Source: Candidatus Geohabitans tengchongensis
Lineage (GTDB): Bacteria > Sysuimicrobiota > Sysuimicrobiia > Sysuimicrobiales > Humicultoraceae
Assembly (NCBI GenBank): GCA_031459625.1
Contig: JAVKIH010000031.1
Location: forward strand, 1 to 29,403
Direction: 5' to 3'
DNA: 29,403 nucleotides
Every line of letters begins with the position of its first letter. Position 1 is the stretch's first letter. The translations under genes were made by a program, and so were the position numbers. The notes beneath the pieces are model-generated. The model was not told where the DNA came from. It worked only from the letters and a program-made list of their open reading frames with translations, and did no database searches. Positions 12,259 to 20,830 of the stretch are shown piece after piece.

Positions 12259-12542
12259 TGCCCCGGGTGCGCATCCCCGCCCCGCTCCGCCAGCACGCCG
12301 ACGGTCAGCGCGAGGTGGCGGTGGCGGGTGCCACGCTGGGCGAGGTCCTGCGCGCCCTGACCGAGCGCTGGCCCGGGCTGCGCCCGCGGCTGCTCGACGG
12401 CGACGGCGGGCTCCACCCGTTCGTGAGCGTCTTCGTGGACGGTGAGGACGTGCGCCTGCTCCAAGGACTCCAGACCCCGTTGCGGGCTGACGCCGAGGTG
12501 ACGATCCTGCCGAGCATGGCCGGCGGCGCCGAGCGGCCGTGA
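12258..12542 (+). CDS. MoaD/ThiS/CysO-family ubiquitin-like sulfur carrier protein
   Basis: VRIPAPLR..FVSVFVDGEDVR..LPSMAGG-AERP; coupled to the upstream gene through TGATG. Confidence 0.9.
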   Translation: MPRVRIPAPLRQHADGQREVAVAGATLGEVLRALTERWPGLRPRLLDGDGGLHPFVSVFVDGEDVRLLQGLQTPLRADAEVTILPSMAGGAERP

Positions 12543-12546
12543 CGGC

Positions 12547-12967
12547 CTAGCCCTTCACCGCCGCGGCCAGGATGCCGCGCACGAGGGCCCGCTGCAGGGC
12601 AAAGAAGACGGCCACCGGCAACGCCATGGAGACGAAGGCCGCTGCCGTCAGCAGCTGCCAGTTCTGCCCCCTGAGGGTGGAGAGGACCTCGCGCCCGCGG
12701 AAGGGCATCCAGGCCAAGGCATAGGCGGCGTAGTTCTGCAGGGTGAAGGTCCAGGGCGGCCGCAGCGCGGTCCACCAGTCGGTCGAGGCCACGCCGCGGC
12801 GGCCGGAAGGAGCTCACCAGCAGGCCCAGGGTGGGCAGGAGCCACAGCAGGCAGACCCCCAGGACGACCAGGTGCGGTGATCGTCGGCGCCAGCAGGGGG
12901 ACGATCACCCGCCAGAGATGGCCACGGTGTCGGGCCGCGGGTGCAGCTGGACGCGCAGCGTCCTCAT
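12547..12967 (-). pseudogene. Collapsed relic of carbohydrate ABC permease genes (MalF/AglF- and MalG/AglG-like fragments)
   Basis: Abutting fragments, partly out of frame: WRVIVPLLAPTIT | HLVVLGVCLLWLLPTLGLLVSSFRP | WWTA..FTLQNY | AAYALAWMPFRGRE | GQNWQLLTAAAFVSMALPVAVFFALQRALVRGILAAAVKG*. Confidence 0.75.
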
Positions 12968-13004
12968 CCTCGAGAGTCGAGCTCCGCCGCCGGCCAGCGC
13001 CGAC

Positions 13005-13487
13005 CTACCGGGCCCTCGCGCGTTGACGCCCCCCGGCCGGCACCTGCCCGGCCGGCTGCTCGGGCGCGGTGCCCAACCGGTGCTCGTAGCTGAGCGCCCC
13101 GCCGAGCCATCCCGCGTAGCCCAGTCCCAGGACCCCGATGAGCGAGAGGATGTACCCGGTCGGCGTCTGTGGGGTACGCCAGCGCAGGTACAGGTTCACG
13201 GCGTAGAGGGCGACCACGACCAGGTTGACGGCCATGTGGCGGGTCGCCGTGCCCCGCACCTCCGGTCCCATGGGGATGGTGAGGTAGTCGACGAACCCGA
13301 AGAGGGCGGCCAGCAGGCCGCCCACCAGCCCGAAGGCAATGAGCCAGGTCCCCATGGCCGTCCAGAAGTCGGAGCCGCCCAGCAGGGAGAAGATGTCGGC
13401 AACCAAGGAGCCGACGAAGAAAGCGATGGGAAACGGCACGAGCATCGGGTGAATCGGGTGACGCCACAGCGTGGCCTTGCCCTGCAT
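13005..13487 (-). CDS. DUF2231-family membrane protein
   Basis: HPIHPMLVPFPIA, GFVDY, H..VN and GWLGGALSY motifs; about 4 TM segments; RBS GGAGGG. Confidence 0.85.
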   Translation of the reverse strand: MQGKATLWRHPIHPMLVPFPIAFFVGSLVADIFSLLGGSDFWTAMGTWLIAFGLVGGLLAALFGFVDYLTIPMGPEVRGTATRHMAVNLVVVALYAVNLYLRWRTPQTPTGYILSLIGVLGLGYAGWLGGALSYEHRLGTAPEQPAGQVPAGGRQRARAR

Positions 13488-13599
13488 GATCTGACCCTCC
13501 TCTGGTCCTCCCCTGAACCTTTTCCCTTGCTCACCCCCATGCTTGCTGTCCTGTGTCGCGATCCTCAAGTCAGTCTCGGCCGTCAGACAAGCCTGTCTT

Positions 13600-13625
13600 G
13601 TTTCGCGGACACCGCGCGGTGGTAA
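13600..13625 (+). promoter_or_regulatory. Possible SigB/SigF-type stress promoter
   Basis: GTTT-N16-TGGTAA, one mismatch to GTTT-N15-17-GGGWAW. Confidence 0.4.
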
Positions 13626-13647
13626 CCCCCACTCGGAGGTGATGACC

Positions 13648-14151
13648 ATGGTGCACCATCAGCACGACGTGATCCGCCGCTACCTGCAGGACGCCCTGGC
13701 GGCCGAGCAGAGCTTCGAGAACCAGCTCAAGCAGTTCGCCGAGGATAGCCAGCAGCCGGAGCTGCAGCAGCTCTTCCGGCAGCACGCCGACGAGACCCGC
13801 TGGCAGGCGGAGCGACTCAAGGGGCGGCTGGAGGTCCTGGGCGGTGCGCCCTCCGGCGTGAAGGGGTTCATGGCCAACCTCTTCAGCCTGGGCCCCAAGG
13901 TGGCCCAGATGGGACACGACCCCTCCGAGAAGGGGGTGCAGAACCTCATCGCCGCCATCGCCGTCGAGCACAGCGAGCTGGCCATGTACGAGGCCCTGGC
14001 CCAGGTGGCCGCAGCGGCGGGTGACCTGGAGACCGAGCAGCTCGCCCGGGACATCCAGCAGCAGGAGGCGCGGGCGGCCGAGATGCTCTGGCCCTACGTC
14101 GGGCGGACGGCCCGGGAGGCCTTCCAGCAGGTGGCGATGACGTCAGGCTAG
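13648..14151 (+). CDS. Ferritin-like DUF892 (YciE/YciF-like) protein
   Basis: YLQDALAAE, H..ET..Q.ERL, EHSELAMYEAL; RBS GGAGGT. Confidence 0.85.
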   Translation: MVHHQHDVIRRYLQDALAAEQSFENQLKQFAEDSQQPELQQLFRQHADETRWQAERLKGRLEVLGGAPSGVKGFMANLFSLGPKVAQMGHDPSEKGVQNLIAAIAVEHSELAMYEALAQVAAAAGDLETEQLARDIQQQEARAAEMLWPYVGRTAREAFQQVAMTSG

Positions 14152-14199
14152 CGCGTGGGCTGCGCCGCCGGGACGGGGCGCGTGGTCTACGCCGGCCAC

Positions 14200-14238
14200 G
14201 GCAGGGGACGGGGACCGTGCCTGGGCTCGTCCCCTGCC
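14200..14238. terminator. GC-rich inverted repeat, possible terminator
   Basis: GGCAGGGGACG / CGTCCCCTGCC perfect 11-bp arms; no U tract. Confidence 0.45.
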
Positions 14239-14284
14239 CCGTCCATCCCCCATAGAGCTGTCGAGGAGGCTACGATAGTGCCCG

Positions 14285-14821
14285 GTGGCCTCCATGACTG
14301 CCCTGTCGCCCACGCACGCGACTCCCCCGGCGGACGCCCCCGCGCAGGGGGGGGTCGCCAGGCCGCGGCGGCGACAGCGTCGTATCGCCCTGGCCGCCCT
14401 CAGCGTGGCCGGCTTCCTCGACGCCCTCTACATGCTGGCCTACCACGAGGGGCTCATCGACCGGCTGGTCTGTCCGTTCTTCGGGGAGGGGTGCGAGCGG
14501 GTAGGGCGCTCCCCTCACGCGGTCCACTTCGGGCTCCCCAATGCCCTCGTCGGCGCGCTGGGCTACGCGGTCATGACCACACTGGCCGTGGCGCTGGGAG
14601 ACCGCCCGGCGCGGCAGCGCCCTTACCGGGTGCTGGCCCTCGGCGCCACAGCCGGAGCGGCGGCGGCCGCCAGTGCCGTCCTCACCTACGAGCAGCCGGC
14701 CCGCGTGGGTGCCTGGTGCTTCTGGTGTCTGCTCTCCGCCGCGCTCAACGCTGCCATCCTCCCGCTGGCCCTGGCCGAGGTGCGCGAGGCCCGGTCGGCC
14801 CGCCATGCCCTCTACCCGTAG
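14285..14821 (+). CDS. Vitamin K epoxide reductase (VKOR) family protein
   Basis: Loop cysteines CPFFGEGC..V..S, GLPNALVG and active-site WCFWC. Alternative start ATG 14294. Confidence 0.88.
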   Translation: MASMTALSPTHATPPADAPAQGGVARPRRRQRRIALAALSVAGFLDALYMLAYHEGLIDRLVCPFFGEGCERVGRSPHAVHFGLPNALVGALGYAVMTTLAVALGDRPARQRPYRVLALGATAGAAAAASAVLTYEQPARVGAWCFWCLLSAALNAAILPLALAEVREARSARHALYP

Positions 14822-14828
14822 GGCGGCC

Positions 14829-15536
14829 GTGGACCGGGACGAGGTGCGTCGGATCCTGGGCGCCTGCGAGGCGGCGCTGGAGGAAGGACCGGTGGACCTG
14901 CGGCGCCTGGGCTTCTGGCGGGCGGTCGAGGCGGTCAAGCGCCATCCCGAATGGCTGGACGAATTCGGTCGGCGCATTGCCGTGATCGACCGCCGGGCCT
15001 TCCAGCGCCAGGTCTGGATCCTCCTTCCCCTGGAGAGAGGGCTCCCGCTCCTCGCAATGGGGGCCGGGGTGGGCGCGGGGCTCGTGGTGGGCGCTCTGGA
15101 GGCACCGGCTCCGGCGCGAGGCATCCTCCTCCTGGCCGGGGCCGGAGTGCTGCTCGGCACGACGCACGACCTGGCCCACTACCTGGCGGGGCGGGCGGCC
15201 GGGATGACCTTTACAGATCTCTACGTCCTCAAGCCGCTGCGTCCTCAGCCCGGGATCAAGGTCGACTACGAGAGCTACCTGCGCGCGCCTGCGGCGGCGC
15301 GTGCCTGGATGCATGCCTCGGGGGCCCTGGTCACGAAGCTCATCCCCTTCCTCCTGCTCCCGGTGGCCCTGGCCGCCCGCGCCCCCCGCTGGACCGTCCT
15401 GGTCCTCCTGGCGCTGGGGGTGGTCCAGATCCTCACCGACCTGCTCTTCTCCACGCGCTCGTCCGACTGGAAGCGCGTCCGGCGGGAGCTCCGCCACGCT
15501 CGGCGCCAGGCCCGCCGACGAGAACCCCCTCCATAG
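14829..15536 (+). CDS. Membrane protein with HDxxH motif (M50/zincin-like)
   Basis: About 4 TM segments; TTHDLAHYLAG, RAWMHASG and FST.SSDW motifs. Start uncertain (GTG 14829 or ATG 14805). Confidence 0.7.
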   Translation: MDRDEVRRILGACEAALEEGPVDLRRLGFWRAVEAVKRHPEWLDEFGRRIAVIDRRAFQRQVWILLPLERGLPLLAMGAGVGAGLVVGALEAPAPARGILLLAGAGVLLGTTHDLAHYLAGRAAGMTFTDLYVLKPLRPQPGIKVDYESYLRAPAAARAWMHASGALVTKLIPFLLLPVALAARAPRWTVLVLLALGVVQILTDLLFSTRSSDWKRVRRELRHARRQARRREPPP

Positions 15537-15614
15537 CAGCCCGGAGCAGCGCCAGCCCGCCACCAGGAGCGCCGTCCGCAGCAGCCCCGGTGGCATCCCC
15601 ACCGGTAGGCTCTG

Positions 15615-15652
15615 GTTTCTGTCGGCGTGAGCGCGGGTAAGGGTGCTAGAGT
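15615..15652 (+). promoter_or_regulatory. Candidate dual sodA promoter (SigB/SigF-type plus extended -10)
   Basis: GTTT-N16-GGGTAA (15615-15640) and TGcTAGAGT (15644-15652). Confidence 0.5.
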
Positions 15653-15713
15653 AGAGACGAGCCCATACCAGCCACGGCCTGCCGTGGCCATCACGCCACG
15701 AGGAGGTGAGAGC

Positions 15714-16344
<631 letters not shown>

Positions 16345-16349
<5 letters not shown>

Positions 16350-16400
16350 CGGTCGTCGACCGCTAGCCGGCCCGCGGGTCGCCCCGGCGGCCCGCGGGCC
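16345..16400. terminator. Tandem hairpins between the convergent sodA and cyclase genes
   Basis: GCTAGCGGTCG-T-CGACCGCTAGC (16345-16367) and GGCCCGCGGG..CCCGCGGGCC (16369-16400). Confidence 0.55.
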
Positions 16401-16455
16401 TCGTGCTGCGTGGTGGGACCCGGGAAGCGCTGGCCAGGTCGCAGGGTCCGCCCGA

Positions 16456-19314
16456 TCAGGTCGTGGCCCCGGACGGATCGGGCGAGCTCACACCCGGCGG
16501 CTGTCCAGCCTGACGACCGCCGACGGCGTAGGCCACGACGTTGTCCAGCGGCAGCGTCCGACCGTGCTCCCAGGTCTCCTGAAACCGGTGCTCGCCCAGG
16601 GCGTCCCGCACGGTGGCCACGTGCTCCGGGTAGGTGTCCCGGATGAAGGGCGGCGGCGGGATGCCGAGCCTCTCGCGCAACGCCTCCCCGGCGCCCAGCA
16701 GGACCGCCGCCCGTTCCGCCTGCCCCTCGCGCGCGGCCACCACCCCGAGCCCCGTGAGCGCCGTGGCCATCCCCCGGCGCTCCCCGAGCTGGTGACGCAG
16801 GCGCAGGCTCTCGGCGAAGAGTGCCGCCGCCCGTCCCCGCTCGTCCTCGTGCCACGCGATGATGGCCAGGTTGCTGAGCGCGAAGGCCATCCCGTAGGTG
16901 TCGCCGATCGCCCGGGTGAGGGCCAGGGTCTCCTCCTGCACGCGCCGGGCCTCGGCGTAGTCCCCCAGCTCGGTGATGACGAGCCCCAGGTTGGTGAGGA
17001 CGAGCGCGGTGAGGGCGCGGTCGCCGTTGACCCGGGCGAGCCGGACCGCCTCCTCCAGCAGGCCTCGCGCCTCCTGGTAGCGGCGGCGCCCGCGGGCCAC
17101 CAGCCCCAGCACGCTCAGCGCGCTCGCCCGCGGCAAGGCGTCGCCCACCTGCCGGCTGAGGGCCAGGCTCTCTTCGCCCAGCTGGGCCGCAGCGTCGTAC
17201 CGCTCGATCCGACAGGCCTCGAACCCCAGGATGTTCAGACAGTGCACCGCACTGCGCGTGTCGCCGAGCTGCCGGGCCAGCTCGAGGCTCTCCTGAGCCA
17301 GCTGCACGCCCCGGGCGAAGTCCCCCTGGAAGAAGGCGAAGAAGGCGGCCCCGTTGAGGACGGGCACGCGTACCTCGGCGGAGGCCTCGCCGGCGCAGTC
17401 GAGGAGGACGTCCAGCCAGGCCCGCCCCTCGCGCCAGTGGCCGCGGATCTCCCAGTACCGCCAGAGCTGGCCCGCCAGGCGCAGCCCTGCGTCGACGGCC
17501 CCGCTCTCCAGGCTCCAGGCCAGGGCCGTGCGCAGGTTGTCGTGGTCCGCCGCCAGGCGGTCGAGCCAGCCTTCCTGCCCCGGCCGGCCCAGGGCCGGGT
17601 CCGCGAGCCTGGCCAGCCCCAGGTAGTGGTCGCGGTGACGGTCGCGCAGGTGCTGCTCCTCCCCGGCAGCGACGAGGTGCTCCTGGGCGTAGAGCCGCAC
17701 GGTCTCCAGGAGGGTGTAGCGGCCCCGCTCCTCGTCGAAGAGGACGAAGGACTTCTCCACCAGGCGGCTGAGCACGTCGAGCACGTCGGCGGCGGCCAGG
17801 CGGCCTCCCGGTCCGTCCCCCGCAGCCGGCGTGCCGTCGCCGGTCCCGGACGCCACGCCTGCGGGGTCGTCGGCAGTCACCGCCTCCGCCGCCTCCACGT
17901 CGAAACCGCCGGCGAAGACCGCGAGTCGCCGTAGCAGTGTGCGCTCCGCTTCAGCGAGCAGGTCGTAGCTCCAGTCCAGCGCCGCCCGCAGCATCTGGTG
18001 GCGGGTCGGGGCGCCGCGGTCCCCGCGGGTGAGGAGGCGAAACCGGTCGTCCAGCCGCGAGGCCACCTGCTCCAGCGAGAGGGCCCCCAGCCGCGCGGCG
18101 GCCAGCTCGATGGCCAGCGGGATGCCGTCGAGCCGCCGGCAGATCTGCAGGACCACCGGTGCGGTGGCCTCGGTCAGGCGGAACCGCGGCTGGCTCAGCG
18201 CCGCCCGGTCGAGGAAGAGGCGCACCGCCTCTGACTGCTCGGCAGCCGTGAGCGTGGGTGTGGCCTGCGGGTCCGGTAGCGCGAGCGGCCGCACCCGGTA
18301 GACGACCTCTCCGGGGACGCCGAGGGGCTCCTGGCTCGTCGCCAGGACCCGGAGCTCCGGGCAGCGCTCCAGGAGGTGGCGGGCCGCCTCGGCGCACCCG
18401 GCCAGCAGGTGCTCGCAGTTGTCGACGACCAGCAGCAGGCGCCTGGCGGCCAGCGCATCCGCCAGCGTGAGGGCGAGCGGCCTGTGCACCTCTTCGTGGA
18501 CGCCGACGGCTGCGGCGATGCGCTGCGGGATGAGGGATTCGTCGCGCAGCGCCGCCAGTTCCACCCACCACACCCCGTCCGGGAAGCGGCGCAGGAGGTC
18601 CGAGGCCACCTGCAGGGCGAGACGCGTCTTGCCCCCGCCGCCCGGGCCGGTGAGGGTGACGAGCCGCGTCCGCTGCAGCAGCGCGGCGATCTCCCCGAGC
18701 TCGCGCTCACGCCCGACAAAGGTGGTGAGGGGACGCGGCAGGTTGTTGGGCAGGGTGTCCAGGGTGCGCAGCGGCGGGAAGTCGGCGGGGAGCCCCGGGA
18801 CGAGGAGTTGCCAGATGCGCTCGGGGTGGGCCAGCCCGGCCAGGCGGTGGAGCCCCAGGTCCCGCAGCTCGACGCCCGGCGGCAGGTCCCCGGCCACCAG
18901 GGCGCGCGTGGCGTCGGAGAGGACGACCTGGCCGCCGTGCCCGGCCGCGACGAGCCGCGCCGCCAGGTTCAGGGGGCGGCCGGCGTAATCCCCCCCGCGC
19001 AGTTCTGCACTGCCGGTGTGCACCGCCATGCGCACGCGCAGCCCTTCCGGCAGCGGCCAGGGCTCTCGGGCGAGGGCCTCCTGCGCCGCCGTTGCGGCGG
19101 CCACCGCGTCCGCCGCGTTGCCGAAGGCCGCGTAGAGCGCATCGCCCACGTGCTTGAAGACGTGGCCGCCCCGCTCCTCCAGCACCTGGCGGAGCAGCGC
19201 GTCGTGCCGGGTCAGCGCCAGGGTCATCGCCTGGTGGTGCTGCTCCCACAGGGGCGTGCTGCCTTCGATGTCGGTGAAGAGGAAGGTCAGGGTCTGGCGC
19301 GACGGGGCAGCCAT
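16456..19314 (-). CDS. Class III adenylate cyclase - STAND (NB-ARC-like) ATPase - TPR protein
   Basis: FTDIEGST, FKHVGDA and DYAG..LNLAARL (cyclase); NNLP..LTTFVGR, GPGGGGKT, LLVVDNCEH and LDGIPLAIELAA (STAND); C-terminal TPR-like repeats. Confidence 0.92.
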   Translation of the reverse strand: MAAPSRQTLTFLFTDIEGSTPLWEQHHQAMTLALTRHDALLRQVLEERGGHVFKHVGDALYAAFGNAADAVAAATAAQEALAREPWPLPEGLRVRMAVHTGSAELRGGDYAGRPLNLAARLVAAGHGGQVVLSDATRALVAGDLPPGVELRDLGLHRLAGLAHPERIWQLLVPGLPADFPPLRTLDTLPNNLPRPLTTFVGRERELGEIAALLQRTRLVTLTGPGGGGKTRLALQVASDLLRRFPDGVWWVELAALRDESLIPQRIAAAVGVHEEVHRPLALTLADALAARRLLLVVDNCEHLLAGCAEAARHLLERCPELRVLATSQEPLGVPGEVVYRVRPLALPDPQATPTLTAAEQSEAVRLFLDRAALSQPRFRLTEATAPVVLQICRRLDGIPLAIELAAARLGALSLEQVASRLDDRFRLLTRGDRGAPTRHQMLRAALDWSYDLLAEAERTLLRRLAVFAGGFDVEAAEAVTADDPAGVASGTGDGTPAAGDGPGGRLAAADVLDVLSRLVEKSFVLFDEERGRYTLLETVRLYAQEHLVAAGEEQHLRDRHRDHYLGLARLADPALGRPGQEGWLDRLAADHDNLRTALAWSLESGAVDAGLRLAGQLWRYWEIRGHWREGRAWLDVLLDCAGEASAEVRVPVLNGAAFFAFFQGDFARGVQLAQESLELARQLGDTRSAVHCLNILGFEACRIERYDAAAQLGEESLALSRQVGDALPRASALSVLGLVARGRRRYQEARGLLEEAVRLARVNGDRALTALVLTNLGLVITELGDYAEARRVQEETLALTRAIGDTYGMAFALSNLAIIAWHEDERGRAAALFAESLRLRHQLGERRGMATALTGLGVVAAREGQAERAAVLLGAGEALRERLGIPPPPFIRDTYPEHVATVRDALGEHRFQETWEHGRTLPLDNVVAYAVGGRQAGQPPGVSSPDPSGATT

Positions 19315-19527
19315 ACCCGTAGCGTACCCCCCGCCGCGACCGTTGGCCATCCGGCGTTGCGCGCCGGCAGGGTGCGGTCGCGGCTGCGAGGGTGACCACC
19401 GGCCCGCGCCGTCGACGGCGGGCCTGTGCCCCGCACCGCCCGGCGGGCAGCCCACCAGGAAGCCGCCCTCCGGAGCCGGAAGCCTTCACGTATGGCAGAT
19501 CGTCCGGCCACGAAGATCGTCACGGCC

Positions 19528-20778
19528 ATGCGGTGGATGGTGCTGGCGTGCGCCTGTGCGGTGGCGGTAGCGCCGCTCCCTGTCGCCCGCGCGGCGCCCC
19601 CGGCGTTCGGCGAGGGCGTGGCCGCCGGGGACGTCCTGCAGGACCGCGCCGTCCTGTGGACCCGCGCGCCCGCTCCCGGCCCGGTGACGCTCCTGCTGGG
19701 CACCAGTGCCGACCTCCGCCGTGGCAGGACGGAGCAGGCCGTGGCGCACCCGGGCGACGGCCTGGCCGTGCAGGTCGAGGTGAACCGGCTGGCCGCCGGC
19801 ACGCGCTATACCTACCGGTTCAGGCAGGGAGGGGTACAGAGCCCTCTCGGGACCTTCGTCACCCCGCCCCCACCCGGGAGCGCCGCCTCCGTGACGGTGG
19901 CGTGGAGCGCCGACACCGGAGAGGAGTTCCGCCCCTTCCGCATCTTCGACGCCCTGGCGCGGCTGCAGCCCGACCTCTTCCTCTTCCTGGGGGATACGGT
20001 GTACGCGGACGTCGGCGAGCGGGCCGTCACCCTGGCCCAGTACCGCGCCAAGTACCGGGCCAACCGGGCCGACCCGCACCTGCAGGCAGCGCTTGCCCGG
20101 ACGGCGGTGTGGGCCACCTGGGACGACCACGAGGTGGCCAACAACTTCGACGCCTCGCATCCGCGGCTCGACGTGGGCCGCCGCGCCTTCCTGGAAGCCT
20201 GGCCGGTGCGGCCGTCGCGCGAAGAGCCCGGGCGACTCTACCGTCGCGTGCGGTGGGGGGCGCTGCTCGAGGTCTTCCTCCTGGACACCCGGCAGTACCG
20301 CTCGCCCGCCCGCCACCCCGACGGGCCCGGCAAGACCATGCTGGGCGCCAGGCAGAAGCGGTGGCTGCTGGAGGGCCTGGCCGCTTCCACCGCGCCGGTG
20401 AAGGTCGTCGCCAGCAGCGTCCCCCTCCGCTACCACGGGCGGGACTCCTGGGAGGGCTACGCGCACGAGCGCGACGAGATCCTGGCCTTCCTGCGCGCCC
20501 GCGACGTGCGCGGCGTGGTGGTGCTGAGCGGCGACGTCCACTACCCGGCGCTGCTGCGCCACCCGGAGGGAGTGCTGGAAGGGATCGCGGGACCGCTGGC
20601 GGCCTTTCCCAACCCGGACCCGCCCGCCGCGGGACGACCGGCCACGCTCTGGTGGGGATTCGCCCGCTTCAACTTCGGGGTCGTGCGCGTGGCCCCGGGG
20701 TGGCTGACCCTGGAGTGGTACGACCACCGCGGCGACCTCCTCTACCGCTTCCGGACCGCGCTGCCCTCCCGCCAGTAG
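19528..20778 (+). CDS. phoD: Alkaline phosphatase D family protein, secreted
   Basis: GVAAGD..VLWTR, LGDTVYAD, WDDHEV, LDTRQYR, SGDVH; N-terminal signal peptide ending ARA. Start uncertain. Confidence 0.9.
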   Translation: MRWMVLACACAVAVAPLPVARAAPPAFGEGVAAGDVLQDRAVLWTRAPAPGPVTLLLGTSADLRRGRTEQAVAHPGDGLAVQVEVNRLAAGTRYTYRFRQGGVQSPLGTFVTPPPPGSAASVTVAWSADTGEEFRPFRIFDALARLQPDLFLFLGDTVYADVGERAVTLAQYRAKYRANRADPHLQAALARTAVWATWDDHEVANNFDASHPRLDVGRRAFLEAWPVRPSREEPGRLYRRVRWGALLEVFLLDTRQYRSPARHPDGPGKTMLGARQKRWLLEGLAASTAPVKVVASSVPLRYHGRDSWEGYAHERDEILAFLRARDVRGVVVLSGDVHYPALLRHPEGVLEGIAGPLAAFPNPDPPAAGRPATLWWGFARFNFGVVRVAPGWLTLEWYDHRGDLLYRFRTALPSRQ

Positions 20779-20830
20779 GCCGCACGGACATGGCCGTGAG
20801 GGCTGCGCGAGGGGGCGGTGAGGCTGGAGC

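Noticed and set aside
16456..19314. Cyclase-STAND-TPR as an Avs or Pycsar antiphage system
   Set aside because: No cognate effector or defence-island context; the architecture is common in signalling.
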